Notes: generated by a model not told the origin, from the letters alone. Positions 16,370 to 26,552 are shown, counted from the first letter of the stretch. The stretch: DNA of 58,460 nucleotides from a virus (IMGVR_UViG_3300046722_000114:1-58460), one strand, 5' to 3'. A program made the numbers and translations.

Positions 16370-17850
16370 ATCCTCTGCGGCCGACCGCGCCCAGCGTCGC
16401 GCGTCTTCTGCCATTTGTCCAGTTCGCCATACGTCATCCCGGCGAGGCCACGGATCGGCTCATCATGCTTGATGTCGTCACCGTGAACCAGGCTGACAAG
16501 CATGCGCCCGATCAGGCTCAGCACGTCCACCTGATCATCGTTCCGCCCAGCCGGAAACCGCAGCATCTCCTCGACCAGATCAGTCGCCCACAACGACTGC
16601 CGCGGGAAATACACCTTCCCCATCGCCAGCCGGCCACGGATCGCCTGCGCCCGCGTCTCCTTGTCATGCGACGAGGTAAACGCCCGGCGATAACCGTAAA
16701 TCCGCCGCTCCATCTGACGCTTCGCTATGAACGGCCCGAGGCTCCGCAGGATCTGCCCCTGCTCCTCAGCCCACATCAGCGGCTGCCAGCGCTCCATCAG
16801 ATCAAGAAACGCCTCGATCCATTGCTGCGAATCCGTCTGATCGCGCCACCAATCCAGCAAGTAGATGTCGTCGTTCGGATCAACCCCGATAACCCCATGT
16901 ACGGTATAATCGCCCCCCGCCGACGTGACGGCGTAATCGCTAGCCCCATAAGTGCGAAGGGTGCGAATATCCGGCGCCCGATCATACCACCTAATCCAAT
17001 CGGCCTTAAAATAGTCGCCACTATCCGGCGTCGGCTGCTGCTGATACAGCGCAGACCAATTGCGTACATCACGCTTCGCCTCTGCGAACATTGCCGGCGT
17101 GAACCATTCCGGCCATAGCAATTCGCCGGGCGCGCGGCCGAGCGGATCGTCCTGCCCAGCCTCCGCCGGCAGCGCCAGCACGTCCCATTGCTCGCCGCCG
17201 ACAGCTTGCTCTGCCAGCAGCCGGCCGGCTAGGTCATCCTCATGCCAGCGCGTCAGGATTAGCACGATCCGCCCGCCAGGCTTCAACCGGGGCCAGAAAT
17301 CGGCCTTGTACCAGTCCCAGACTCTTTGCCGCGTCGTCGCGCTGTCGGCTTCGGCTCGGCCTTTAACGGGATCATCGATAATCCCAAGGTCGGCCCGACG
17401 CCCTGTGACCGAAGCATCGACGCCAACAGCGTAATACTCTCCTCCTCGCTCAGTCTCCCAGCGCCCCGCAGCCGCGTTATCACCTGAGAGGCCAAAGCCA
17501 AATATCCGTCTGAACTCAGCCGACCCACATAGATTCCGCACTCGGCGGCCAAAGCGTTCAGCCAATTCTCCCGCGTGGCTGGCGCCGATGATGGAATGCT
17601 TAGGGTTCCGTCCAAGAAACCACGGCGGGAATAGGATGCTCGCATATGTGCTCTTCGCTGAACCTGGCGGCATCATCACCATCAGCCGAGGGATTTCGCC
17701 TCGGTCAACGCCCTCTAGCTTGCTGATCAGCAGCTTGTGATGCTTGGCCGGGATGGTGTCGGGGGCGAGAATGCCGATGCACTTTTCGAGCGAGCGCTGC
17801 GCGTCGATGCGCGCGACCAGCTCAGCGGCAGCCTGTTGCTGGGTAATCAT
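16366..17850 (-). CDS. terL: Terminase large subunit
   Basis: MPPGSAKS (Walker A), GRRADLGIIDDP (Walker B), TRWHEDDL, ALYQQ.P, nuclease SD..DDQVD. Confidence 0.95.
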   Translation of the reverse strand: MITQQQAAAELVARIDAQRSLEKCIGILAPDTIPAKHHKLLISKLEGVDRGEIPRLMVMMPPGSAKSTYASILFPPWFLGRNPKHSIIGASHAGELAERFGRRVRNLCGSAEFRRIFGFGLSGDNAAAGRWETERGGEYYAVGVDASVTGRRADLGIIDDPVKGRAEADSATTRQRVWDWYKADFWPRLKPGGRIVLILTRWHEDDLAGRLLAEQAVGGEQWDVLALPAEAGQDDPLGRAPGELLWPEWFTPAMFAEAKRDVRNWSALYQQQPTPDSGDYFKADWIRWYDRAPDIRTLRTYGASDYAVTSAGGDYTVHGVIGVDPNDDIYLLDWWRDQTDSQQWIEAFLDLMERWQPLMWAEEQGQILRSLGPFIAKRQMERRIYGYRRAFTSSHDKETRAQAIRGRLAMGKVYFPRQSLWATDLVEEMLRFPAGRNDDQVDVLSLIGRMLVSLVHGDDIKHDEPIRGLAGMTYGELDKWQKTRDAGRGRPQRI

Positions 17851-17932
17851 CCCACAATCGCACTACGCCACTGATATACGGCTGACTTTATCTCGCTGCG
17901 TTGCCTATAAGCTACTGGCATAACTGTCTTAT

Positions 17933-18391
17933 TTAGCGTTTATTGCCAGATTGACAATCTGGCACAGCGGCCACACTAGGTTCATGCTCGATCGTCAGCA
18001 GCGGAGTTTTGGCAATCACCATCAGCCGATCATAATCAACCGCAGCCGGGTCGCTCTCCTGGCGATGCTCATGCTGCATCTTGTCGCCGTAAGTTTTTGG
18101 GTCGAGCCGCGCGGCGTACCACTTCCGCGCATCAGCTCTGACGCGCGCGCGCTGCGCATCAGGCTCCTCGTCAGCGATGCGAACAACGTCCGCAGCGACG
18201 GAATGCGCCTGGATTTCCTTGGCGCGTGCGTATCGTTGGCTGAACGCCTCGCCCGCCTGCCCGCGGTCTGCGATATGCGAGATGGTACTCGGCGTAGTCC
18301 CCAAATCCCGACAAATTGCGGTGAGCACCTCGCCATTTTCCATGCGTGTGAGCACGGTATCGAGCAGCTCAGTATTGCCGGTAATTTGCAT
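17933..18391 (-). CDS. terS: Terminase small subunit (Sf6/P22-like)
   Basis: R.ENGE.L.AIC..F.QRYARAKE..IAD..RARVR.DARKW.A.RL.PK.YGDK; start uncertain. Confidence 0.85.
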   Translation of the reverse strand: MQITGNTELLDTVLTRMENGEVLTAICRDLGTTPSTISHIADRGQAGEAFSQRYARAKEIQAHSVAADVVRIADEEPDAQRARVRADARKWYAARLDPKTYGDKMQHEHRQESDPAAVDYDRLMVIAKTPLLTIEHEPSVAAVPDCQSGNKR

Positions 18392-18447
18392 GGGATACGC
18401 GGATAAGCCATTTTTTTGGCCGTGTCCAGCAGAAAGTTGCTGCTTCC

Positions 18448-18466
18448 GTTGCGCGAGTGTGTCAAC
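18448..18466 (-). promoter_or_regulatory. 19-bp operator-like quasi-palindrome containing TTGACA
   Basis: GTTGACAC-ACTC-GCGCAAC; copies at 19111 and 26025. Confidence 0.6.
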
Positions 18467-18493
18467 ATGCATCCTGTCAGAAGGAGATGAGCG

Positions 18494-18679
18494 ATGTACG
18501 TTTGGCAAATGAATGACGGGCGCTGGCACATATCGCTGATGACCAGCCGCCGCGATCTGTTTTCGGCAATCCTCGCGAACAAGGCGGCATTTGCCCTGTA
18601 CGACCAGGGTTACGGGACTGAACACGACGCGCGGGTTGCCGAGCGCCAAATCAGGGTTTTCATCAACAGCGCGGCGTAG
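18494..18679 (+). CDS. Hypothetical small protein
   Basis: AAGGAG RBS, 61 aa. Confidence 0.6.
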   Translation: MYVWQMNDGRWHISLMTSRRDLFSAILANKAAFALYDQGYGTEHDARVAERQIRVFINSAA

Positions 18680-18688
18680 GAATGGGAC

Positions 18689-18857
18689 GATGCAAATGAT
18701 GGCGTTCGGCGCGGCGCTTATCGTCGGCTTCGCGCTCCTGTTGCTAGGTGCCTATCGGCGCTGCGACGGGATGGCGGTGCTGTGTTTGTTTTGTGGCTGG
18801 GCTGGGGTTGTGGTCGGCATTGCTGGATTGATAGCCGGCATAGCGGCTGGGAGATAG
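18689..18857 (+). CDS. Small two-TM membrane protein
   Basis: Two hydrophobic segments; start approximate. Confidence 0.45.
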
Positions 18858-19110
18858 CTATGCCGTGGCATGAATTTGCCACACCTATAGCGTGGGCAAT
18901 GGATGCGCTGGTCATTTTGTTAATCGGCGTACGGATTGCAGCCATCATTTTACGAGCCTCAGGTCGATTCAAAATGGCAAATGATTTGAGCGCTGCGTTC
19001 GCCAAACACACCCGTTATTTCCGATTTTAAGAGACCACGCGAGAGGGCCACGCGGGGGGCATTCGCCTCCGTGGGGAAGCGGAGAAAATTGGTGTTAGGG
19101 GCATAAAAGC

Positions 19111-19140
19111 GTTGACACGCTGGCGCAACACAGATAGGCT
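19111..19140 (+). promoter_or_regulatory. Sigma70-like promoter overlapped by the 19-bp operator
   Basis: TTGACA(19112)-N17-TAGGCT; GTTGACAC-GCTG-GCGCAAC. Confidence 0.7.
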
Positions 19141-19168
19141 CGGGATTGTCAGAAAGGGAGAACACGAG

Positions 19169-19411
19169 ATGATCAAAATGACCAAAGCCGAGGCGCTTCG
19201 CATCCAAGCCGAACAGATCGAGCATTACGCCGGCATCTATGGCTCGTGGGTGCGCGACGCGGTGGCCGGTAAGACGCACGCTGACCGCCTTGCCGATGGC
19301 GAGCACGATGTCGTCGAGATCAATCGCTGCATCCCGCGCGGCGCGTTCATCGAATTCATCATCGAGCGCTATGGGTTCAAGACGCAGGCAAGCGACGAAT
19401 ACGGTTGCTAA
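19169..19411 (+). CDS. Hypothetical early protein
   Basis: GGGAG RBS downstream of the promoter. Confidence 0.65.
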   Translation: MIKMTKAEALRIQAEQIEHYAGIYGSWVRDAVAGKTHADRLADGEHDVVEINRCIPRGAFIEFIIERYGFKTQASDEYGC

Positions 19412-19495
19412 GCGCAACGCTTAGCCGAGCGGCAGAACGCGGCGATAGCGCCACGAGCGGGCGCGGTCGTCGCGCTTCGCTTTTGGGGGTCATGC

Positions 19496-20182
19496 TCACC
19501 AGCCATGCGGGCGCCATTGCGTCGCGTTCTTCGCTCGCGCCCACAACTCGCGCACTTCATCGCCCACATATGGGTCGTCCCCGCCATCAGTCACCTCGAT
19601 TCCTGTTCTGAACCCGGTGTAAGTCGGCCAATGACCGAACACGATATCGAACTTACCGTTTATTTTTACGATATACCGATTCATCCAAACGCATTGTCCG
19701 GTGTATTTCATCTTAGACAATTCTTCTTTGATTTCAGGAGGAATAACCATCTTGGATATTATCTTTTCAGCGGCCTCCCAATCATAAGCTGGCTGATCTT
19801 TTACCACCAATTCGTGCCTCGCACCTGACTCACACATGCAACACGAATGAATTGAAGCGAACGGCATTCGCTCACCCGCAAAATATTCATCCACAAATCC
19901 CGACCCGCAATAAGCCAAATGAGCCGACAGTCCCGTTGCCCTTGTTATCTTTTCTAATGTATCGAGATCCGGTGTTGTCGTTGGTTTGACTTCAACAAGC
20001 ACATCCTTCGTTTCACCCTTGATTACAAAATCCGGCAGCCAGCCATTCAATTCAAAGGGCTCATACTCCCACGGCCATTGTAGCTGGTCAAAGAATGCTG
20101 CCCATGTCGCCTCCAGGCGCGAACGGAACATGATACCGCGATAGCGCGTCGGCCTCGCCTTGATCAGCGTGTAATCGATCAT
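19496..20182 (-). CDS. PD-(D/E)XK nuclease-family protein
   Basis: YRGIMFRSRLEA.WA.FFD...WEYEP..PDF..EVK. Confidence 0.8.
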   Translation of the reverse strand: MIDYTLIKARPTRYRGIMFRSRLEATWAAFFDQLQWPWEYEPFELNGWLPDFVIKGETKDVLVEVKPTTTPDLDTLEKITRATGLSAHLAYCGSGFVDEYFAGERMPFASIHSCCMCESGARHELVVKDQPAYDWEAAEKIISKMVIPPEIKEELSKMKYTGQCVWMNRYIVKINGKFDIVFGHWPTYTGFRTGIEVTDGGDDPYVGDEVRELWARAKNATQWRPHGW

Positions 20183-20254
20183 CTCCCCTCACCCTCCGCG
20201 ATCATGATGCGCTTGCCCCACGCCCGCCTTGTCCACGCAAACCTAATAGTTAGG

Positions 20255-20429
20255 TGGCGGACGTATAGGACGTAGCGGACATAACTTCCGGAAAGTCTCG
20301 CGCATACGCACATGTGGCTGGAGTTTCCGGAAAGTGCGTCCGCTACGTCCTATACGTCCGCCAAGCCGTTGCTGTCAAGAATTCCAATAATTCCCCGGAG
20401 TTGCGTCCGCTGCGTCCGCTGCGTCCGCC
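20255..20429. repeat. Putative replication origin: 26-bp perfect inverted repeat plus iteron-like repeats
   Basis: 20255-20280 is the reverse complement of 20338-20363; two TTCCGGAA palindromes inside; GCGTCCGC repeats at 20403-20429. Confidence 0.65.
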
Positions 20430-22939
20430 GCGCGAGTGGGTTTTGCCTGCTGGACTGCAAATGCAGCCTGGGCTGCATCCTCGAATTCTCCTTTAATTGC
20501 AATACCCTTACGAACACGTTCCCTGGCCTTCCCTGACCTTCCAGCCATGATTCCCCGCTCCTCCAGATTGAGCCCGAAAGCACGCTTGGACAGGGGCTCA
20601 TAGTCGTCTTCCGCACACCAAAAGACATACGCCGCATACAGCAGCCCGACATCGCACTCGATCCCGCGCCCGACATGACACCACTCAGTGATAAACTTTG
20701 ACGTGTTATCTTGGCTCTCCATATAACCCTGCGTTGCCTCCTCCACCGCAACCGGAGGTTTCATACCGATTTGCTGCCATGCCTGGCAACCGCGCACCAG
20801 CCACGCCAGAATGCCGGGAAACTCGATCGCAAGCTTGGCTTTGATCTCGGGATCTTTGATTATATCGGCATTCCCCTCGACCTTATCGGCATCGACGAAG
20901 CGAGCAGAAAACGGTATCAACCGGATGCGTCTCCATATTGCATAATCACTTCCCCGAATAAGAGGCTTGTGGTTTGTGGCGAACCACAGCTTGAACTTGG
21001 GCGTGAATTCAAACCATTCCTTATGAAGAAACCTGGCCGGCATACGGTCGCCGCCGGTTGCTTGTTTGACCAATCCTTCCGCAAGGTGTTTGCCGTGTTC
21101 AGTCTCGATAACTGAAACAAACCGTGCCCCGGCCAGCATTGCGACATCGTTTGGAATAGGGGGATTGTCTTTCTGCGCAAATGTGGTGCTGGGAGCGCTC
21201 TTGACGTAATCATCCAGAAGTGCGGCGATCGTTTCGAGCAGCACGCTTTTCCCGTTCGATCCGGTGCCGTGCAGGATAAAGACACACTGTTCCTTCGTGC
21301 TTCCGGTCAGGGAATAGCCGAGCGCGCGGTACATGAAATCAACCATTTCCAGATCGTGGTTGAATATAGTGGACAGAAATTTTTCCCATGTCGGGCATTG
21401 GGCGTTAGGGTTGTAATCGGTGGCACAGATCTTGGTTATTAGGTCGGCGTGGGCATGCGGCCGTAGAATCCCGGTTCGCAGGTCTAGCGTGCCGTTCTGG
21501 CAATTCAGCATCCAATTGTCGGAATCGAGGTCGTCCGACTTGGCGAACAGGTATGACCTGCTGGCATCGAGCGTTCCTGAGATGCGCCCTGAATTGCCCG
21601 AAGAGATCGCCCATTTGACGCGATCCTTGCGCCCGCTTCCGGATGGAGAGGCGGCAGCTTCGCGCAGCATGTCGTTAGCGACATCGTAGGCGATCTTGCG
21701 GGTAGCGACACTCTCGGCATCGAGCGCATAGCGCTTGCCGTCCCAATGATGCCAGCCAAGCCCGAGCACATAGCGCAGGTCGGCGCCGTGTCGGGAGATC
21801 AGCGTCTGGGCATTGCCGAAATCGTTGCGTGCGAAGGTGCCGGGAGCGGGTGCGGGATCTTCCTCCACCTTGGGCGGCTTCGGGGCGGGCTTGGCGCCGC
21901 CTGCCCGCAATTCGATGACCTTGGCGCTGCCGCGGAGTTCGATATTGCTTTCGGGAACAAAGGTGCGGTCGGTCCTGGCGATCATGTCGCGGATTTGCGA
22001 TTCCTCCTGGTTCCAGTTCCAGAACGCTTCCCGTCCTTTTTCTGCCGCCGCACGATATGTCTCTTCTAAAACAAATTTGACAATTTCGTCGTCAGGAACA
22101 TTGCGGTAGATGAATTTCCCGATAGCCGAGAATTGCGTTTTGTTAATAGGATATTCGGGGTCTTCGTAATGCATTTTGGCCAGAAGCTCATGAGCGTCTG
22201 TCGCTGAGCCGAAGCTGAAGGCGCCCGCGTGGGCAAGCCACGGGTTTTCGGCGATTTCTGGCCGCATGGCCGGCGGCTGTACCAGTAGCGGCCCTTGGAT
22301 AAAAAGCTGCTCGACCAACTCCTCAAAATCAACGCAAGCCCACGTCGAGCACTCCAGCACCGAGCACGCCCGCAGCGTGCCGTCCTTGGTGTTGTGAGTG
22401 CCCGGCAGCCGCATGACGCGGGCGAGGTCGCACACCGCGAGATCGCCGGCAAACACCCCGGCGAGCTGTTTCAGCGCGCCGACCGCGGCAAGCTCGACCG
22501 CCGGCCAGGTCGCGGGGTCGGTCTGCGACACGTCGAGCGGGCGCGACAGCAGCCAGTAGGCGTGAACGCCGCCGCCCGACAGGACGACCGCGCTAGGCGG
22601 GATGCTGAAGCTCAGCAGCGCCGCAACAGCGTCATCGGTCGAGATGCCGAGTTTGTAGCAATCAATGTCGCTCCACAGCGCCGGCAACTCGCGGACGTGT
22701 GCCCGGTCGCCCTTGGCCGTCCCGCTGGCGCGCGTCGCCACCCCAAAGTAAACGGCTCGCCCGATATCGTCCCACTTCTCGCAATGCCGCTGTACGAGGT
22801 CGGGATCGCGGGTAAACAGCGGGCGCGCCGGCCCCGCACCGTATTCGTTCGGTAGTGCACGGATCTCGACCGCTTGCCTGGTTTCGCTGAACAGGAGGCC
22901 GAGAAAATCGGCAGCAGCGGCATAGTCGAAATCGCGCAC
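20375..22939 (-). CDS. DNA primase-helicase (RepB-like primase + P4/D5 SF3 helicase)
   Basis: W.DID, SGGGVHAYW, D.ARVMRLPGT.N.K; LNCQNGTLDL; GTGSNGKS; VKQATGGD; GTG start after AGAGGA. Confidence 0.92.
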   Translation of the reverse strand: MRDFDYAAAADFLGLLFSETRQAVEIRALPNEYGAGPARPLFTRDPDLVQRHCEKWDDIGRAVYFGVATRASGTAKGDRAHVRELPALWSDIDCYKLGISTDDAVAALLSFSIPPSAVVLSGGGVHAYWLLSRPLDVSQTDPATWPAVELAAVGALKQLAGVFAGDLAVCDLARVMRLPGTHNTKDGTLRACSVLECSTWACVDFEELVEQLFIQGPLLVQPPAMRPEIAENPWLAHAGAFSFGSATDAHELLAKMHYEDPEYPINKTQFSAIGKFIYRNVPDDEIVKFVLEETYRAAAEKGREAFWNWNQEESQIRDMIARTDRTFVPESNIELRGSAKVIELRAGGAKPAPKPPKVEEDPAPAPGTFARNDFGNAQTLISRHGADLRYVLGLGWHHWDGKRYALDAESVATRKIAYDVANDMLREAAASPSGSGRKDRVKWAISSGNSGRISGTLDASRSYLFAKSDDLDSDNWMLNCQNGTLDLRTGILRPHAHADLITKICATDYNPNAQCPTWEKFLSTIFNHDLEMVDFMYRALGYSLTGSTKEQCVFILHGTGSNGKSVLLETIAALLDDYVKSAPSTTFAQKDNPPIPNDVAMLAGARFVSVIETEHGKHLAEGLVKQATGGDRMPARFLHKEWFEFTPKFKLWFATNHKPLIRGSDYAIWRRIRLIPFSARFVDADKVEGNADIIKDPEIKAKLAIEFPGILAWLVRGCQAWQQIGMKPPVAVEEATQGYMESQDNTSKFITEWCHVGRGIECDVGLLYAAYVFWCAEDDYEPLSKRAFGLNLEERGIMAGRSGKARERVRKGIAIKGEFEDAAQAAFAVQQAKPTRAADAADAADATPGNYWNS

Positions 22940-22955
22940 GGAGTTTTCCTCTCTT

Positions 22956-23939
22956 TTAATAGGCAGCGACTTGGCCGAACATGCCGGCGTCATCGGCAAT
23001 TCGCCGCCGGGCCATCTCGGCATATTCGGGATTGAGTTCGATCAGCACCGCGTCGCGCCCAAGCCGATCGGCAACCAACCCGGTCGTTCCGGCACCACCG
23101 AACGGGTCGAGCACCGCCCCGCCCCTGGGGCAGCCGGCGAGGATGCACGGCTCGATCAGCGCAGGGGGAAAGGTGGCAAAATGCGCCTCGGCGTAGGGCG
23201 CCGTCGCTATCGTCCAGACCGACCGCTTGTTGCGCGTCTGCATCCCATAGTTAGCCCCAAGCGTTGATGCAGCGAGGTCGCGACCAAGCGCCGCTTGTTT
23301 GCGCTGCATGGTCAGCGTGGCGCTGCCCTCGGGTTGCAGGGCAGGCTCAGCTATTTCCTCGGCGTCGTAAAAGTACCGCTCGCTCTTGCTCAGCAGGAAC
23401 AGGTACTCGTGCGCCTTGGTGCAGCGGTCGGTGACGCTCTCAGGCATCGGGTTTGGCTTCGACCAGATGATGTCCTGTCGCAGCCACCAACCGTCGGCCC
23501 GCAGCGCGAAGGCCAGCATCCAGGGGATGCCGATCAGGTCTTTTGGCTTGAGGGACGCGCTGGTATAATCTCGGTATGCCGGCTCCGAAGCATAAGGCAG
23601 CGCACGCCGTAATCCGCCGCGAAACGATCCCCCCCTACCCCCAGGCGTCTCGCGATTAGTGTCGTTTCGGCCCGTTTGCCGGGCACCCCCTGTGGCGTAA
23701 GAGTCTCCGATATTCAAAAAAAGTACGCCGTCGCTCCGCAGCACGCGGCGCACCTCGCGGAACACCGCGACCATCTCGGCGATATAGGCATCGGGCGTTG
23801 CTTCGAGGCCAAGCTGCCCGGCGACGCCGTAATCGCGCAGGCCGTAGTAGGGCGGGCTGGTGACGACGCAATGCACGCTCTCGTCCGCTAACTCTGCGAG
23901 CTTCGAACGGGCGTCGCCGATGATAATGCGGACAGACAC
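22956..23939 (-). CDS. DNA methyltransferase (N4-C/N6-A family, SPPY)
   Basis: VTSPPYY, IIWSKPNPMPESV.DR, HFATFP, VLDPFGGAGTT. Confidence 0.92.
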   Translation of the reverse strand: MSVRIIIGDARSKLAELADESVHCVVTSPPYYGLRDYGVAGQLGLEATPDAYIAEMVAVFREVRRVLRSDGVLFLNIGDSYATGGARQTGRNDTNRETPGGRGGSFRGGLRRALPYASEPAYRDYTSASLKPKDLIGIPWMLAFALRADGWWLRQDIIWSKPNPMPESVTDRCTKAHEYLFLLSKSERYFYDAEEIAEPALQPEGSATLTMQRKQAALGRDLAASTLGANYGMQTRNKRSVWTIATAPYAEAHFATFPPALIEPCILAGCPRGGAVLDPFGGAGTTGLVADRLGRDAVLIELNPEYAEMARRRIADDAGMFGQVAAY

Positions 23940-23961
23940 CGGGCGCTCCTCCCCTGAAATG

Positions 23962-23993
23962 AAAACAGCCGCCCGGTTGTGTTCGGGCGGCTG
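23962..23993 (-). terminator. Rho-independent terminator
   Basis: CAGCCGCCCG/CGGGCGGCTG stem followed by a short U tract on the minus strand. Confidence 0.6.
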
Positions 23994-24012
23994 CCGTAAT
24001 GCCTCGCGACGA

Positions 24013-24777
24013 CTAGAACCGCCTAGAAGGGGGGGATTTCGTCGTCGAGGACGAGGCTACCGCAACCCCGCTCGCACCGGGGGTCTTTGCACCATTTCCC
24101 GGTGATGGCGCAGTCGCGCCCTTGGTAGGGTTTGCGGCACGCTGACCCGTAGCCTTGGCCGGCTCGGCGGCAGGCGGCGGCAGTTCGGCTCCGCCATCCA
24201 TATCGAGCGTGTTGGCCTCCGTCCAGCCAACCAACTCGAACTTCGGCACGTAGGTTTTGCCATACTCACGGTGCATGTAAAAATCATTCTGGAGTTCGAC
24301 AATCGGGATCATGCCGGGCCGCTGCCGGCGCTCCTGGCCGTAGGCTTTGCATAACTGCCCGATGGCGTTGAGCCCGCCCTTGCTGTTGGTCGAGTAGAGG
24401 TAGAGGTTTCCCTCGGCATCGATTAACTGCAGCTGATTGGTGAACACCCACGGGTCACGAGGCTTGGCGTCGGTGCCGACCTCCCACATGCCGGGATCGG
24501 GATCGCCGAGGCTGTTGCGCATCGGGACCGGTTTCTGATCGCTCAGCAATTCGAGCAGATCGTCGGTGATCTCCTTATTCCACCAGCGCCGCCAACCGAT
24601 CTTCAGCCCCTCCATATTGCAGGCGAGGCGGGTGCCGAGGTCGAGCGATGCTCCGTCCTGGCCGTACAAAAATTCCCCATTTTTGAAAGTGAGGAAGGAA
24701 CCCTCCTGCGTGACCGTCTTGGCTGCGTAGGCGAGATAAGGGTCGGACGTGTCGATAGGTGCGATTGCGTTTGTCAT
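24013..24777 (-). CDS. Putative ssDNA-binding/recombination accessory protein
   Basis: L.FK.G, GW.RW, DPW, S.GG..A...L, P.VEL..Y.H..YGK...P.F..VGW; next to the exonuclease. Confidence 0.55.
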   Translation of the reverse strand: MTNAIAPIDTSDPYLAYAAKTVTQEGSFLTFKNGEFLYGQDGASLDLGTRLACNMEGLKIGWRRWWNKEITDDLLELLSDQKPVPMRNSLGDPDPGMWEVGTDAKPRDPWVFTNQLQLIDAEGNLYLYSTNSKGGLNAIGQLCKAYGQERRQRPGMIPIVELQNDFYMHREYGKTYVPKFELVGWTEANTLDMDGGAELPPPAAEPAKATGQRAANPTKGATAPSPGNGAKTPGASGVAVASSSTTKSPPSRRF

Positions 24778-24789
24778 TTCTGTTCCTGT

Positions 24790-25842
24790 CTACTTTACGG
24801 TTAAACGCTCCCCCGCATCGCCTTGTTTGCGATAGGGGTCGAGATCGAAGCCGTCCGCTTCGATTGCTTTGAGGTCAACCGTTTGCCGGCCCTTGACCGG
24901 CGACCAATCGATTGACCATCCATCACCGTGAACCCGGCGCACGCCATTGGTGCGCAACAGGTCTTTGATCTCCTGACGAACTTTAGCGAGCGCCTCTTCA
25001 CACTGGCCAACGTCTTTGGCCCAATCGCGCTCCAGATCGTGTAGCGCCTTGAATTCTGCGAGCACATTGTCGCCGAGCGCGTGTTCCTCGCGCGGGATGC
25101 CGCTAACCGTGACCGCGGCGCAGTGCGAGGCGTAGGGGCAGAACCGGCACTCGGCGCCGCCTGCGAGTTTGCCCTCCGGCCATAACTCTTGCGGATCGGT
25201 TGCCACCATGATCGCCTCGGCCCGGTAATGGGCGGCGGCAAAGATCGACGGGTCGAACGCGACGGGGAATTCGGCGATTTCGTCAAGAAAGCTCGCGTCA
25301 ACGTAACAGATCAGCGCGTAGTCGGGTTTGTAAGGCGTGTGAGCGCGCAGTAGACCCATCTGCACCTGGGTCTGGAATTTGTGCTGTGGCCGCGCGCGGT
25401 CATTCAGCTCGGCGCGTGGGTCGATCGATTTTATCTCGATGGCGATGCACGACGAGTCGCCAATGTCGGGCACGCCGAGGTCGGCGAGGCAATCGCGCTC
25501 GACGCCGACGATCACGCCGTCCGGGGTGGCTGAGAGATAGCCGTCAACGACTGTTGATTGCTGGTCGCCGCCCATGTGGAACCGGTCGCCATAGGCTTGC
25601 CGCAACGCTGGGACGACGTAGAAATCCTCGATCAGATTGCCGCGCAGCTTGGCGCCGTAGCGATCGACGTAGCCGGGATCGTGCGGCGTCTCATTCTTGG
25701 CGAACCATGTTTTCCGCAGGCAGGCGCCGATCTCGCTGGCGCCCACGGAGTTCGCTCGGTCATGGCTGAATTCGCGATTGGTCATCGCGGCGAAATTGGC
25801 AAGTGTAGCCTTGATCAACGCGCGGCGCTCCTCGGGCGGCAC
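24790..25842 (-). CDS. Cas4-like PD-(D/E)XK exonuclease
   Basis: GASEIG.C.RK, TPDG, EIKS, Q.Q.QMG, CRFCPY...C. Confidence 0.8.
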   Translation of the reverse strand: MPPEERRALIKATLANFAAMTNREFSHDRANSVGASEIGACLRKTWFAKNETPHDPGYVDRYGAKLRGNLIEDFYVVPALRQAYGDRFHMGGDQQSTVVDGYLSATPDGVIVGVERDCLADLGVPDIGDSSCIAIEIKSIDPRAELNDRARPQHKFQTQVQMGLLRAHTPYKPDYALICYVDASFLDEIAEFPVAFDPSIFAAAHYRAEAIMVATDPQELWPEGKLAGGAECRFCPYASHCAAVTVSGIPREEHALGDNVLAEFKALHDLERDWAKDVGQCEEALAKVRQEIKDLLRTNGVRRVHGDGWSIDWSPVKGRQTVDLKAIEADGFDLDPYRKQGDAGERLTVK

Positions 25843-26024
25843 GATGCGGGAACGGCAGGAGCAATCCCGTAGCGCCGCGCCAGAGAGTGTCGAGCCGGGG
25901 AGCTACCCCGACCGGCTCCTGCCGCCGCCGCCATCCTAGCGCAGCACGCGGGCAGCGCGCAACGCCCGAAATCGCTGCCCGATATTATGATTTCGGGCGC
26001 CCGATATTATTTTGCCGATTGTCA

Positions 26025-26054
26025 GTTGACACGTTCGCGCAACGCTGCCAGGAT
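26025..26054 (+). promoter_or_regulatory. Sigma70-like promoter with the 19-bp operator
   Basis: GTTGACAC-GTTC-GCGCAAC; TTGACA-N17-CAGGAT; AGGAG RBS downstream. Confidence 0.6.
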
Positions 26055-26077
26055 GCGCGGGTCAAAAGGAGAGCGCG

Positions 26078-26272
26078 ATGCTTAAGATCAAAGAAGCTGA
26101 CTACCGCCAAATTAGCCGGGATTACCGCGGTATTTTGGACGGCAAGAGAACCGTTTTTGCTGGGTGTATCCTGCCCAGGGGCGGCACGAGAATGGCGGTC
26201 GAGGGCGTTGATTTCGAGATCATCCCAACACCCAAGACCGCGCCCCGCCAATGGCGACGCAGGGCCGCATGA
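26078..26272 (+). CDS. Hypothetical early protein
   Basis: AGGAG RBS. Confidence 0.6.
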   Translation: MLKIKEADYRQISRDYRGILDGKRTVFAGCILPRGGTRMAVEGVDFEIIPTPKTAPRQWRRRAA

Positions 26273-26363
26273 TGGCTTCTCACAAGATCAACTGCCCCGC
26301 ATTGCCGGCAGAGCGTAATCCATATGAGCGGCAGGATCGGCTCGACCAAATCCGGGAGACTGA

Positions 26364-26552
26364 ATGATGGCGCGGCGTACACGTCAAGACACTTGCCCAA
26401 AGGGGCATTTGTTGGCTGATGCTTTCTTGCACAAACGCGGCTCTTTAGAGTGCCGCACTTGTAAAAGAGACGGCACTCGCCGCAGACGCGGCATCACCCC
26501 TGACCGCTTCTATAAACGTGGCCGACCCCCGCGCGATGGCGCGCCGCCGTGA
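26364..26552 (+). CDS. Small Zn-binding protein (CPxGH...CxxC)
   Basis: CPKGH...ECRTC. Confidence 0.6.
   Translation: MMARRTRQDTCPKGHLLADAFLHKRGSLECRTCKRDGTRRRRGITPDRFYKRGRPPRDGAPP

Noticed and set aside
24790-25842. Cas4-like gene as part of a CRISPR-Cas system
   Set aside because: No other cas genes or array; it sits in a standard phage recombination module
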